Source of the DNA: an uncultured bacterium
Lineage (GTDB): Bacteria; Armatimonadota; Zipacnadia; Zipacnadales; VGFC01
DNA: 39,409 nucleotides
Assembly (NCBI GenBank): GCA_965602825.1
Contig: CBFDAZ010000002.1
Span: 1 to 39,409, forward strand
Direction of reading: 5' to 3'
Position numbers and translations under genes: made by a program. The notes beneath the pieces were generated by a model, which searched no databases, was not told the DNA's origin, and saw only the letters and a program-made list of their open reading frames with translations. Shown piece after piece: positions 1 to 8,401 of the stretch (positions within the stretch are counted from its first letter, which is position 1; each line of letters starts with the position of its first letter).

Positions 1-768
1 CCGGTATATCCGTTGGGACGCAGTCCAGGGGAAGTGGCCGTGCGCAAGGAGATGCGCGAGCAGGGCAAGAAGCTCAAGACGGCCGCCAAACGGGCAGAGG
101 AGGAGGCCCGGAAGCAGGGGCTGCGCACGCCGGCCGAGCTGGCGAAGAAGCTGGAGCAGTTGGCCAAGGAGTTGGAGAAGGCCAAACTCACCAAGAAGCA
201 GGCGCTTCTGAAGACCGGAAAGCTGGCCGCCGAGCTGCGCGAGGCCCAGAAGCGGGCCGCCCTGACCAACAGCGCGGGCAAGTTCGCCAAGGCCGCGCAG
301 GCTCTGAAGAGCGTTCCCTTTGCCACCAGTGAGGCCCAGGGCCTCGCCAAGGCCATCCGCGAGCGCAAGCCAGCCGATCTGGCCGCCAGGCTGAGCAAGC
401 TCGCCAAGGAGCTGAAGGAGGGGAAGTTCGACTCGCCTGCGGCGCGTGAGAAACTGGCGCGTGACCTTCGAGAGATGTCCGAAGCCCTGGAGGCCGCTGG
501 CCTGAGCGGGATGGCGGCGGCTCTGGGTCAGGCGGCGGATGACCTGGAGCAGGGGAAGACAGCGTCCGCGGCCGAGGGCCTCGAAGGAGCGGCGGCCCAG
601 GCGGCGGAGGCGGCTCAGCAAGCGGCGGAGAGTGCCTCGCTGGAGGAGATGGCCCAGGAGTTGGAGCAGAGCCAGCAAGAGGTGGCGCAGGCGGACCAGG
701 CCCAGGGTTCTACCTGCCCCCAGTGCGGCAGCAGCACGTGCCCCGGAGCGAAGCAGGGCGGTGGCTGA
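1..768 (+). CDS. 5'-partial Ala/Lys/Glu-rich coiled-coil protein with a Cys-rich, Gly-rich C-terminus
   Basis: Frame 1 is open from base 1, so the real start is probably outside the window (the track begins at TTG 13). Heptad-like KKLEQLAKELEKAK and AKELKEGK runs. Ends CPQCGSSTCPGAKQGGG at TGA 766-768. Confidence 0.5.
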   Translation, partial: PVYPLGRSPGEVAVRKEMREQGKKLKTAAKRAEEEARKQGLRTPAELAKKLEQLAKELEKAKLTKKQALLKTGKLAAELREAQKRAALTNSAGKFAKAAQALKSVPFATSEAQGLAKAIRERKPADLAARLSKLAKELKEGKFDSPAAREKLARDLREMSEALEAAGLSGMAAALGQAADDLEQGKTASAAEGLEGAAAQAAEAAQQAAESASLEEMAQELEQSQQEVAQADQAQGSTCPQCGSSTCPGAKQGGG

Positions 769-909
769 CAAGGCGGCGGGGGGTCCGGTTCGGGCTCCCA
801 AGGCCAGGCAGGACAGGGGCAAGGACAGGGGCAGGGAGGACGGCGACGCGGCGGCGGCGGACCATTCGCCGGGCGGGGGACGACGAACGAGGAAGGGCCC
901 GGGTACCCC

Positions 910-1254
910 ATGACAGGCTACCAGGGCGAGCCGAAGATGCAGGACCCCGACCAGCGCCCGAAGTGGGAACAGAAGCACCAGGCGATCTACGCCCCCGAAC
1001 GCACCGACGTCCAGACCGAGGACGTCAAGGTCCGCGGCCAGAGGAACCCCGGCCGCAGCGAATCGACCCCGGTCCGCGGAGCACCGGATCGACAGCCCGC
1101 GATGGCGCCCTACTTCGAGGTCTACGACGCCTACGCGCAGGAGGCCGAGGAAGCCCTGACGAGGGAGGACATCCCGCGCTCCTACGAGAGACAGGTGCGG
1201 GATTACTTCCGATCCATCCAACCCGATCGAGGCGCCCCCTCAGACGAGGATTGA
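910..1254 (+). CDS. Hypothetical protein, possibly the C-terminal part of the preceding gene
   Basis: Same reading frame as 1..768. C-terminal block APYFEVYDAYAQEAEEALTREDIPRSYERQVRDYFRSI looks like a folded conserved tail. A weak, distant GAGGAAGG precedes ATG 910. Confidence 0.4.
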   Translation: MTGYQGEPKMQDPDQRPKWEQKHQAIYAPERTDVQTEDVKVRGQRNPGRSESTPVRGAPDRQPAMAPYFEVYDAYAQEAEEALTREDIPRSYERQVRDYFRSIQPDRGAPSDED

Positions 1255-1256
1255 CC

Positions 1257-2108
1257 TTGAGTTCCGGCAGAACCCCGCCGCGGCGGCAGGCCCGCAGGTT
1301 GAACGACCTTGACGCGAAGGAGTGGGTCAAGGCCACCCGGAGTTGGTTCGTCTGCGACGGCCGTGCGGGGTCGATGCCTCCGGGCGTTAAGAAGCACCCC
1401 GCAAGCTTCCCCCCCGAGGTCCCGGAACGGTTCGTACGCTTCTTCACCCGGAAGGGCGATACGGTTCTCGATCCGTTCGTCGGCAGTGGCGGAACGCTGG
1501 TCGCGTGCCTGCAGACGGGCCGCCGGGGCATCGGGATCGACCTCAGCGAAGAGTACTGCGCCACGGCGCGCGAGCGCATCCGGCAGACCTCGCCTCCGCT
1601 GGACGCCGGCGAGCCCCCCGAACAGACGGTGATCTGCGCTGATGCAGCCAGCCTTGGCGAACTGGACATCGGGCCGGTGGACTACTGCCTCACCTCTCCG
1701 CCCTACTGGGACATGCTGCACCACTCACGAGGCAACGTCGATTCTGTCCACAAGGAGCGTGCCGACCGGGGCCTCGACCCCGTCTACTCGGATGACCCGC
1801 GAGACCTGGGCAACATCAGCGGCTATGGAGCTTACATCGACGCTCTCGCCCACGTCTTCGAGCAAGTGGCCAGCGCTCTGAAGCCAAAGGCATATGCCAC
1901 GATCATCGTGCAGAACTTGCGCCCGCCTGACGGGGAGATGGCTCCTCTGGCCTGGGAGGTTGCTTTGCGTCTGCGTAAGTTCTTGCGTCTCGTGCAGGAG
2001 ACCATCTGGTGCCAGGATAACAAGCGTCTGGGGTGTTGGGGCTACCCCACGACTTTCGTCTCCAATGTGCATCACCACTACTGCCTGACTTTCCGCAACG
2101 ATCGGTGA
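1257..2108 (+). CDS. N4/N6 DNA methyltransferase family protein with SPPY catalytic motif and permuted motif order
   Basis: HPASFPPEVPERFVRFFTRKGDTVLDPFVGSGGTLVA is the AdoMet-binding motif X+I of N4/N6 MTases. Motif IV, CLTSPPYWDM, follows about 55 aa later. The track ORF from 723 has an Arg-rich out-of-frame-looking N-terminus. TTG 1257 sits 6 nt after GAGGA; TTG 1299 is the alternative start. Confidence 0.7.
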   Translation: MSSGRTPPRRQARRLNDLDAKEWVKATRSWFVCDGRAGSMPPGVKKHPASFPPEVPERFVRFFTRKGDTVLDPFVGSGGTLVACLQTGRRGIGIDLSEEYCATARERIRQTSPPLDAGEPPEQTVICADAASLGELDIGPVDYCLTSPPYWDMLHHSRGNVDSVHKERADRGLDPVYSDDPRDLGNISGYGAYIDALAHVFEQVASALKPKAYATIIVQNLRPPDGEMAPLAWEVALRLRKFLRLVQETIWCQDNKRLGCWGYPTTFVSNVHHHYCLTFRNDR

Positions 2109-2144
2109 ACCGCCCAGCGGTCGCCTGAGAAGGAGGCGCGGAGC

Positions 2145-3368
2145 ATGACATTCAAGCGCGCGAAACTGCTATCGTACACCCTCGTGGTGCTGGTAGGCGC
2201 ACTGGCGGCAATCGGGCTGGGCCTGGCGGCCAGGTCAAAGCCAGTCGTCACGTCGTCCATGCTGTCAGGGATGCCCGTCGCAACGGCGGTCTCGGAGGCG
2301 CGGGCTGCAGGGGACGTCAACGGGACAGTCGCCACCCTTGGTGAAGACACGGACGAGGTGAAGCTGCTGCACGTGTGGGGTACCCCTCGGGAGATGGGCT
2401 ACGCTCACGGGAAGCTCCTGGCTGACGAGATCAAGGACTTCTACTCCAAGATCACCCTGGCAATGACTGCTGGGATGGGAGTTGAGGTCTCGGTGCTCGA
2501 CCAGGCCTGGGACCAGATGGAGCCCTTTGTCCCCCAGGAGTACCTCGAGGAGATGGAGGGCCTGGCCGAAGGCGCCGGCGTGGCGCTGCGGGACATCGAG
2601 CGGGTCCACGCGATCCCGGACCTGTCGGAGATGGACTGCACGTTTTTCGCGGCCTGGGGGGACTTCACGGCGTCGGGGCACTTCATCCAGCTTCGGGCTC
2701 TCGACTACGCCACCGAAGCGCACATCCAGGACAACCCGGCCATCGTCGTCTACCATCCCAACGAAGGTCCGGCCTACGTCAACGTCGGCTGGTGTGGGTT
2801 CATCGGCATGGTCACGGGTATGAACGCCGAGAGAATCTGTATGAGTGAGATCGGCGACGACTTCGACAAGGACCACCACACCCTTCAGGGCGAGCCGATG
2901 CCCTTCGTCATGCGAGACGTCATCGCCAAGGCCACGACGCTGGAGGAGGGCGTCGAGGTCGTCCGCCGGGCGAAGCGCACCAGCTCATTCCTGTACCTTA
3001 TCGGGGATGCCAAGCTGCCGGGAGCCAAGGCCCTACAGACCTCGCCCGAGACGTGCGAGGTCTACGATCGGGCCAACCTCCCCTGGGGGTCCGTCGGCGA
3101 CGCTGTCTGGATGTCGATGGGAATGGACTCGGACTGGAACGAGAAGGTCCGTGACGCGCTCAAGGCCCAGGCGGGCAAGCTGACCGTAGAGTCGGCCATG
3201 GAGGACCTTACCTCAGAACTCGGTACGGGTGATCTGCATACCGTCTACTTCGATGCCACCGACTTGAAGCTGTGGGTAGCGAACGCGGACATCGACGAGT
3301 CGCCCGCCTATGATGAAGGCTTTGTGATGCTCGACTTCGGCGCGGCAACGGAGAGACCCGAGGATTGA
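2145..3368 (+). CDS. Peptidase C45 / acyl-CoA:6-aminopenicillanic-acid acyltransferase-like Ntn hydrolase, N-terminally membrane anchored
   Basis: GAAGGAGG SD before the ATG. N-terminal TM LLSYTLVVLVGALAAIGLGLAA. Putative nucleophile context SEMDCTFFAAWGDFTASGHFIQLRALDY, then VNVGWCGFIGMVTGMN, typical of the C45 family. Confidence 0.6.
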   Translation: MTFKRAKLLSYTLVVLVGALAAIGLGLAARSKPVVTSSMLSGMPVATAVSEARAAGDVNGTVATLGEDTDEVKLLHVWGTPREMGYAHGKLLADEIKDFYSKITLAMTAGMGVEVSVLDQAWDQMEPFVPQEYLEEMEGLAEGAGVALRDIERVHAIPDLSEMDCTFFAAWGDFTASGHFIQLRALDYATEAHIQDNPAIVVYHPNEGPAYVNVGWCGFIGMVTGMNAERICMSEIGDDFDKDHHTLQGEPMPFVMRDVIAKATTLEEGVEVVRRAKRTSSFLYLIGDAKLPGAKALQTSPETCEVYDRANLPWGSVGDAVWMSMGMDSDWNEKVRDALKAQAGKLTVESAMEDLTSELGTGDLHTVYFDATDLKLWVANADIDESPAYDEGFVMLDFGAATERPED

Positions 3369-4678
3369 TGATGGGGATCCCGAACACCCGGGCCCGCCGT
3401 TGCTGTTACGGCCTTGCCTCTGCGTTGACCATTGCCGCCGGCTTGCTCCCGGCGGCCCGGGAGGCTCTTGCCGACGACACGTTGACGCGCTCGGGCGTCC
3501 TCGACGAGGCACTGAAGTTCGCTGCCACGACACCTTCCCTCGACCAGCGTGCAGTCGTGGTGGCGGACGTTGCCCTGGCCATGCGGCCAGTCGATCGCGC
3601 CAAGGCCGAGAAGACGCTTGCGGAGGCCGGCTTCATAGCGTCAACGGTGCCGACCGAACTGGCCAAGGCTCTGGCCATGCAGGCCGTCGCTCAACGCATC
3701 CAGCAGGTTGACGAGAAGTGGGCTGGGGATCTGTTCGAGCAAGCCGTGGCCCTGGCCGAGGAGCTCGCTTTTCCGGGGCAGGTGAGCCTGGTTCTCACCG
3801 AGGTCGCGTCCGCCCGGGTTGACCTGGCTCCCGACGCGGCTGCCGATCTACTCCAGGAGGCCGCTGAGCAGGCCAGGCTTGTCCCCGAGGTCAACGCCCG
3901 CGTTGCCGCCCTGAGGGATGTCTCCAGGGCCTACGCCAGGCTTGACCCGGCAGCGGCTGACGTCCTGTTCGAGGAAGCTCTGACAGCGACTCAGGAACTC
4001 CCCGAGGGCGCCGGCCGGGACCTTACGCTCGCGGACCTGGCTGGCTTCATCGCCGGTCGCGACCTGCAGCAAGCAGTCGAGGTCACCGGCACGATTGGCG
4101 ATCCCGCCGCCAGAAGCCAGGCCCTTCGCGATGTTGTCCTGGTGCTTCCCGCCGACGAGGCGCCTCAGGCCCACGAGCTGGCGCGGAGCATCCCGGATGT
4201 CCCGACGCGGATCATGACCCTTTGCGACCTTGCGCTGGCTGTCGGAGGTTCGGCGCCCGACATCGCCACGCAGATTGCCGAGCACGTCAACGAGGTCGCC
4301 GGAACCCTGCCCGACGACGATGTCGGTCACGAGGCCCGGGCCGCCGCTGCGTACGCCTGGGCGCCGGTTGACGTCGATCGCGGGTTGTCGCAGGCTGGGA
4401 ACATCGCCGACGAGTACTATGCGGACCTGGCGCGCAGCCGGATCGCCCTCTTCCTGGTCGACACGGACGCCGAGCGCGCGCTCCAGATCACCAACGGGAT
4501 CGAGCGCACGGTCCTGCGGAGCGAACCGCTCTGCGCCGTCGTGGCGCGCGTGGCGGAGATCGATCCCAAGCGCGCGTATGAGCTGGCCTCCGAGATCTTG
4601 TCCCGCCGCACCCGCGTCGAGGCGCTACTCTCCATTGCTCCCCACCTCCCCGAGGAAGCAGCCAACGGAGGCCGGTAG
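3365..4678 (+). CDS. Secreted Ala/Leu-rich alpha-helical repeat protein
   Basis: Signal-like N-terminus. Repeated helical-hairpin units of about 35-40 aa (VALAMRPVDRAKAEKTLAEA, AVAQRIQQVDEKWAGDLFEQAVALA, VASARVDLAPDAAADLLQEAAEQA, VSRAYARLDPAAADVLFEEALTAT ...). The start (TTG 3365 or ATG 3368) overlaps the upstream stop. Confidence 0.5.
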   Translation: MMMGIPNTRARRCCYGLASALTIAAGLLPAAREALADDTLTRSGVLDEALKFAATTPSLDQRAVVVADVALAMRPVDRAKAEKTLAEAGFIASTVPTELAKALAMQAVAQRIQQVDEKWAGDLFEQAVALAEELAFPGQVSLVLTEVASARVDLAPDAAADLLQEAAEQARLVPEVNARVAALRDVSRAYARLDPAAADVLFEEALTATQELPEGAGRDLTLADLAGFIAGRDLQQAVEVTGTIGDPAARSQALRDVVLVLPADEAPQAHELARSIPDVPTRIMTLCDLALAVGGSAPDIATQIAEHVNEVAGTLPDDDVGHEARAAAAYAWAPVDVDRGLSQAGNIADEYYADLARSRIALFLVDTDAERALQITNGIERTVLRSEPLCAVVARVAEIDPKRAYELASEILSRRTRVEALLSIAPHLPEEAANGGR

Positions 4679-6136
4679 ATGCGACTGGATCCTGCTGTCC
4701 TCGGGGGCCTCCTGCTCCTTGTGCTGCCTTTCATCGGCGCTCTGTGCGTATTGCTGACGGGCCCCATCGCTTCGGGGATCGGGCGGCGGCATCAGGAGGA
4801 GGAGCAGGCGGCCCGGGCCCCAGGCATGGTCGCGGGGATCGTGCTGTTGCTGGAGGCGTGTCTGGCTGTCGTGCTTCGGCAGGCGCCGGGTCTGCGGGGC
4901 GGTATCCGCGTCATGGTCGGGGCGAGTGTGTTCGAGCTCGATCCGTACGCGGTGGGCACGGTCCTCGCGCTATCCGTGGTGACGGTGCTGGCGATCTCCG
5001 CCACCGAGTTCTCCCGGGGACCTCAGCGACCTTCGCGAGCGAGTGAGCTTGCGGCCGTGCTCTTGGTGTGGGCTGCTCACGTGCTGTTCGCCCTGGCCGG
5101 AAATCTCCAGCTAGTCGCTCTGGGTCTGGCCGTTGGCAGCCTCGCCGTGAGCGCCGTCCTGCTGGTCGAGGCGTGGCGTCGCGCGAAGTCCGGCCGCACG
5201 GTGTTGGTGATCGCGGCCGTGCTGCTGCCGGCGGTCGCCTGGTTGCTGCTACTTCCGTGCCGTCACCTGGGCGCACCGGCAGGTCTCCGAGAGGCCGGGG
5301 CAGCGATGTGGGCGCTCAACCCGGCCACGGTTCACGGGCTGCTGGCGCGTCTGTGGGTCGCCGGCGGGCTCCTTGTGCCGGTGGCAGCGTTGCTGCTGGC
5401 GGCCCTTCCCCCCCCGGAGACGCGCGGTCTTCCCGCCGTTCCCGCGCTGTTCGCCATCTGCCTCGCCGGTGCGCTCCCGGCGCTGTTCCGCATCACGGTA
5501 CTTGCGTTCCCTGGTAGGTCCCCCGCTTTCTGCCAGGAATGGCTGTCGCCCCGGCTGGCCGTCGCAGGGGTCGCGTTGGGGCTTCTCGCCCTCACGATTG
5601 CGCAGATGCGGGTCTGTGCGTTCCTTCGGCTCGGTCTGGTTGCGTTCGGCCAGGCGTGCTCGCTCGCCTGGCTGATGGCTGCCTTTGACAGGGGCACCGC
5701 ATCGGTGGCCGTGCTGGCAGCGGCGGCACCCGCGGTGCTGGTGGGCCTGTGCTTCGCCTCCGTCCCGCCCGCGCGCAATCGTCTCCCGGGCCTCTGGCGG
5801 GTGGCGGGAGCCTCGCTATTCCTCGCCGCCGCGCCGTGGGCATGGTTTGGCGGAGTCGCCGCGCGAGGGATCGGGCTGTACACGGTGGCGGGCACCGTCC
5901 TGGCTGTCATGCTGGTCGTCAGCGGCATACGCCTGAGTGGGCAGGCCGTCAGGATGAAGCCCGACCCCGCCAGGCTGACCCTGGTCGAGAGCTCCATGCT
6001 TTCCGGCCGACCCTTCTTCCACGACCACTGCGCCGTGTCTGACCTGGTGATCGTGATCGCATTCGCCTTGCTGGCAGTCGTGCTGATCGCCCTCTGGATG
6101 CCCTCCGCCCGGGGCCTCTACCCGCCGCTTCCCTGA
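4679..6136 (+). CDS. Polytopic inner-membrane protein with about 12 or more hydrophobic spans, unknown family
   Basis: ATG immediately follows the upstream TAG (TAGATG). The sequence is almost entirely hydrophobic Leu/Ala/Val segments separated by Arg/Pro loops. Confidence 0.55.
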   Translation: MRLDPAVLGGLLLLVLPFIGALCVLLTGPIASGIGRRHQEEEQAARAPGMVAGIVLLLEACLAVVLRQAPGLRGGIRVMVGASVFELDPYAVGTVLALSVVTVLAISATEFSRGPQRPSRASELAAVLLVWAAHVLFALAGNLQLVALGLAVGSLAVSAVLLVEAWRRAKSGRTVLVIAAVLLPAVAWLLLLPCRHLGAPAGLREAGAAMWALNPATVHGLLARLWVAGGLLVPVAALLLAALPPPETRGLPAVPALFAICLAGALPALFRITVLAFPGRSPAFCQEWLSPRLAVAGVALGLLALTIAQMRVCAFLRLGLVAFGQACSLAWLMAAFDRGTASVAVLAAAAPAVLVGLCFASVPPARNRLPGLWRVAGASLFLAAAPWAWFGGVAARGIGLYTVAGTVLAVMLVVSGIRLSGQAVRMKPDPARLTLVESSMLSGRPFFHDHCAVSDLVIVIAFALLAVVLIALWMPSARGLYPPLP

Positions 6137-6157
6137 CCGGTCTCTCAGTGGTATAAT
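6129..6157 (+). promoter_or_regulatory. Candidate sigma70-type promoter with extended -10
   Basis: TGgTATAAT at 6149-6157, a perfect TATAAT plus the TG extension. Weak -35 TTCCCT lies 17 nt upstream. It sits in the 50-nt gap before the ArsA-like gene. Confidence 0.45.
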
Positions 6158-6186
6158 CGCCCGTGGGCGTTCTCTTGGGGGTCAAG

Positions 6187-7374
6187 ATGCGTGTTGTCCT
6201 GTACACAGGAAAAGGGGGCGTGGGGAAGACCTGCGTCAGCGCGGCCGCGGCGTTGGCCGCCGGCAAGGCCGGCCGGCGCACCGTCATCTTGTCTTCCGAT
6301 CGCGCCCACAGCCTCGGGGACTGCTTCGAGGAGGAGCTCGGTCCGGACCCCGTACCCGTCGCCCCGAACGTTGAGGCCCTCGAGACCGACCCCGGTACTG
6401 AGATCGACCGCCACTGGGCCGAGATCCAGGACTACATGCGGGCGCTGATGGCCAGCCAGGGCGTGGACAGCCTTTTGGCCGAGGAGATCGCGATGATCCC
6501 CGGCCTGGAAGAGGGCTCCACACTCCTGCGGCTGCAGGATCTGTGTGACAGCGGCCGGTACGATGCCCTGATCGTCGATTGCGCCCCCACGGGCGCCACG
6601 CTGCGGCTGCTCAGCTTGCCTGAGGCCTTCGGCTGGTTCATGCGCCGCGTCTTCCCCATCGAGCGGGCCGCGGTCAAGATCCTGCGGCCGACGGCCGGCC
6701 GTCTGCTGCCCTTCCCGCTCCCCCAGGATCGGTTCTACGCTCGGCTCGAGGACCTGTACCACCGAGTGCTTGCAGTGCACGAACTGCTCACCGATCCGGA
6801 GCAGACGGGCGTGTGCCTGGTGACCATCCCGGAGCAGATGGCGGTCGAGGAGACGAAACGTGCCTATGCCGAGTTCTCGCTGTATGGCCTGTGCGTCCAG
6901 CAGGTCATCGCCAACCGCGTGCTCCCCGACGAGGTGACCGACCCGTACCTCGACGAGCTGAAAGCCTCGCAGCGCCGTTGGCTTGCCTACCTGGGCGAGA
7001 ACTTCAGTCCGTTGCCGCTCACGGAGGCCAAGCTGCTGCCGCACGAACTCATCGGTCGGCAGGCCCTCGCGGAGTTCGCCGATCAACTGTTCGGCGACCA
7101 AGACCCCATGTCTCCGCTGCGCACCGAGCCGCCGGTGAGGATCGAGGAGACCGACGGCGTCTGCCGGATGACGATGGAGCTGCAGTTCGCCTCGAGTCAG
7201 GACGTCGAACTCGTGCAGCGGGGAGACGAACTCGTCATAGAGATTGGCAGTAGCCGACGGAACTTGCTGCTGCCACGGGCGCTAGCAAGAATGCGAGCCA
7301 CGAAGGCCCAAGTCAAGGACGGGACCCTGACGATCGACTTCGACAAGGCCGACGCGGGTACGGGCGTCGGCTGA
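6187..7374 (+). CDS. ArsA/GET3-family transport-energizing ATPase with C-terminal HSP20-like domain
   Basis: MRVVLYTGKGGVGKTCVSAAAAL is a deviant Walker A. SSDRAHSLGD and DCAPTGATLRLLSLPE are the ArsA signature region. The C-terminal beta-rich CRMTMELQFASSQDVELVQRGDELVIEIGSSRRNLLLP...DGTLTIDF resembles the ArsA HSP20-like domain. Confidence 0.8.
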   Translation: MRVVLYTGKGGVGKTCVSAAAALAAGKAGRRTVILSSDRAHSLGDCFEEELGPDPVPVAPNVEALETDPGTEIDRHWAEIQDYMRALMASQGVDSLLAEEIAMIPGLEEGSTLLRLQDLCDSGRYDALIVDCAPTGATLRLLSLPEAFGWFMRRVFPIERAAVKILRPTAGRLLPFPLPQDRFYARLEDLYHRVLAVHELLTDPEQTGVCLVTIPEQMAVEETKRAYAEFSLYGLCVQQVIANRVLPDEVTDPYLDELKASQRRWLAYLGENFSPLPLTEAKLLPHELIGRQALAEFADQLFGDQDPMSPLRTEPPVRIEETDGVCRMTMELQFASSQDVELVQRGDELVIEIGSSRRNLLLPRALARMRATKAQVKDGTLTIDFDKADAGTGVG

Positions 7375-7468
7375 CAGCCACTGAGTTCAGGTGGCAACGG
7401 CCAGCCAGCGTGAGTTGACCCGCCAGGACGTAAGTAGCGTCCCGGGCGGCAGAAGAGGAGGGCGCACC

Positions 7469-7672
7469 ATGTCAGAGAAACCACCGGCCCCATCTGCGTG
7501 CCGTTGGCTGAAACAGCGCGTGGACCGTTTCTACGCCACCCCCTGGGGAGGGCACTTCAAGAACGCGCGCAAGGAAATGCTGCTCGGGGTAAGGGCACTC
7601 CTGGACGAGAGGATCGAGTGGCTCGATTCCCTGGGGCAGGCGTCGGAGGCCCAGAAGATAGAGGTTGAGTAG
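7469..7672 (+). CDS. Small hypothetical protein (67 aa) downstream of the ArsA-like ATPase
   Basis: ATG 7469 is preceded by GAGGAGGG. The product MSEKPPAPSACRWLKQRVDRFYATPWGGHFKNARKEMLLGVRALLDERIEWL has no recognised family. The track start at 7391 lacks an SD. Confidence 0.4.
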   Translation: MSEKPPAPSACRWLKQRVDRFYATPWGGHFKNARKEMLLGVRALLDERIEWLDSLGQASEAQKIEVE

Positions 7673-7675
7673 CCC

Positions 7676-8395
7676 ATGCCGGGCTCGCCCGGAGGGCGAC
7701 CGGACGGCCGGGCGAGGCGTCTGGCTGTCTTCGTGCACGGTTATAGCTGCTCTCCGAGACACTGGTGCGGCGCCGAGGAACGCCTCGGAGGGGCTATCGA
7801 CGTCGAGGTGATTGCTCTGCCCGGTCACGGTGGAGCACCCGTACCGGCGGGAACCGCGCTTGGTGTCGAGGCGTGCGTCGATCACGTTCTGGGGTGGGTA
7901 GGGGCAACGGACCGGCACGGGGTTTGGCTGATCGGGCACAGCCTGGGGGGAATGATCGGGCTAACGTGCGTCCGGCGCAGACCCGAGCTGTTTGCGGGAC
8001 TGGTGCTGGTGGATGCCTTCCCCAGGCTGGGAGTGCCGCCACCCTTCGACAAGTCATTCTGGTCGGGCAGCCCGGCCGACCTGAAGGGACGCATCGTCAG
8101 GGAGATGATGGACACCCGTCGGAAGCTACCGTCATCCCTCTGGGAGTCCGTCGTTGCCTTCGATGCCGGGCCTCATCTGGCCGACATAGGGCTTCCGGTC
8201 CACGGCATGTACGGGGACCGGGGCGAAGGCGACCATGGGCGTCTGCGTGCCGCTGTGCTCGGGACCGGGCTTGGACGAATCCCGGATCTCCATCTTACCA
8301 TGGTGCCCCAGGCAGGGCACTTCGTGATGTTGGAGCAGCCTGACGCGGTCTACGGACTGCTTGCGCAGATTCTACCCGATCGATGCGGAGCGTGA
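7676..8395 (+). CDS. Alpha/beta-fold hydrolase
   Basis: VFVHGYSCSPRHW is oxyanion-region-like. GHSLGG is the nucleophile elbow. C-terminal QAGHFVMLEQP carries the catalytic His context. Confidence 0.75.
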   Translation: MPGSPGGRPDGRARRLAVFVHGYSCSPRHWCGAEERLGGAIDVEVIALPGHGGAPVPAGTALGVEACVDHVLGWVGATDRHGVWLIGHSLGGMIGLTCVRRRPELFAGLVLVDAFPRLGVPPPFDKSFWSGSPADLKGRIVREMMDTRRKLPSSLWESVVAFDAGPHLADIGLPVHGMYGDRGEGDHGRLRAAVLGTGLGRIPDLHLTMVPQAGHFVMLEQPDAVYGLLAQILPDRCGA

Positions 8396-8401
8396 TCTGG
8401 C

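Noticed and set aside
766-768. TGA as a selenocysteine codon
   Set aside because: I saw no convincing SECIS-like hairpin immediately downstream. The context is a Gly-rich low-complexity linker rather than a redox motif, and the nearby Cys residues are about 10 codons upstream.
723-1256. Long N-terminal extension of the methyltransferase ORF (track ORF 723..2108, 461 aa)
   Set aside because: The first about 180 residues are Arg/Pro/Gly-rich and overlap the better-supported frame-1 genes. Recognisable MTase similarity starts at LNDLDAKEW. TTG starts at 1257 (with an SD) or 1299 fit better.
6145-7101. 318-aa - strand ORF opposite the ArsA-like gene. The same reasoning applies to 35911..36921 and 36931..38142 (+), opposite the GH4 and SGNH genes.
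   Set aside because: These are antisense shadow ORFs. The opposite strand encodes proteins with clear family signatures and SD sequences.
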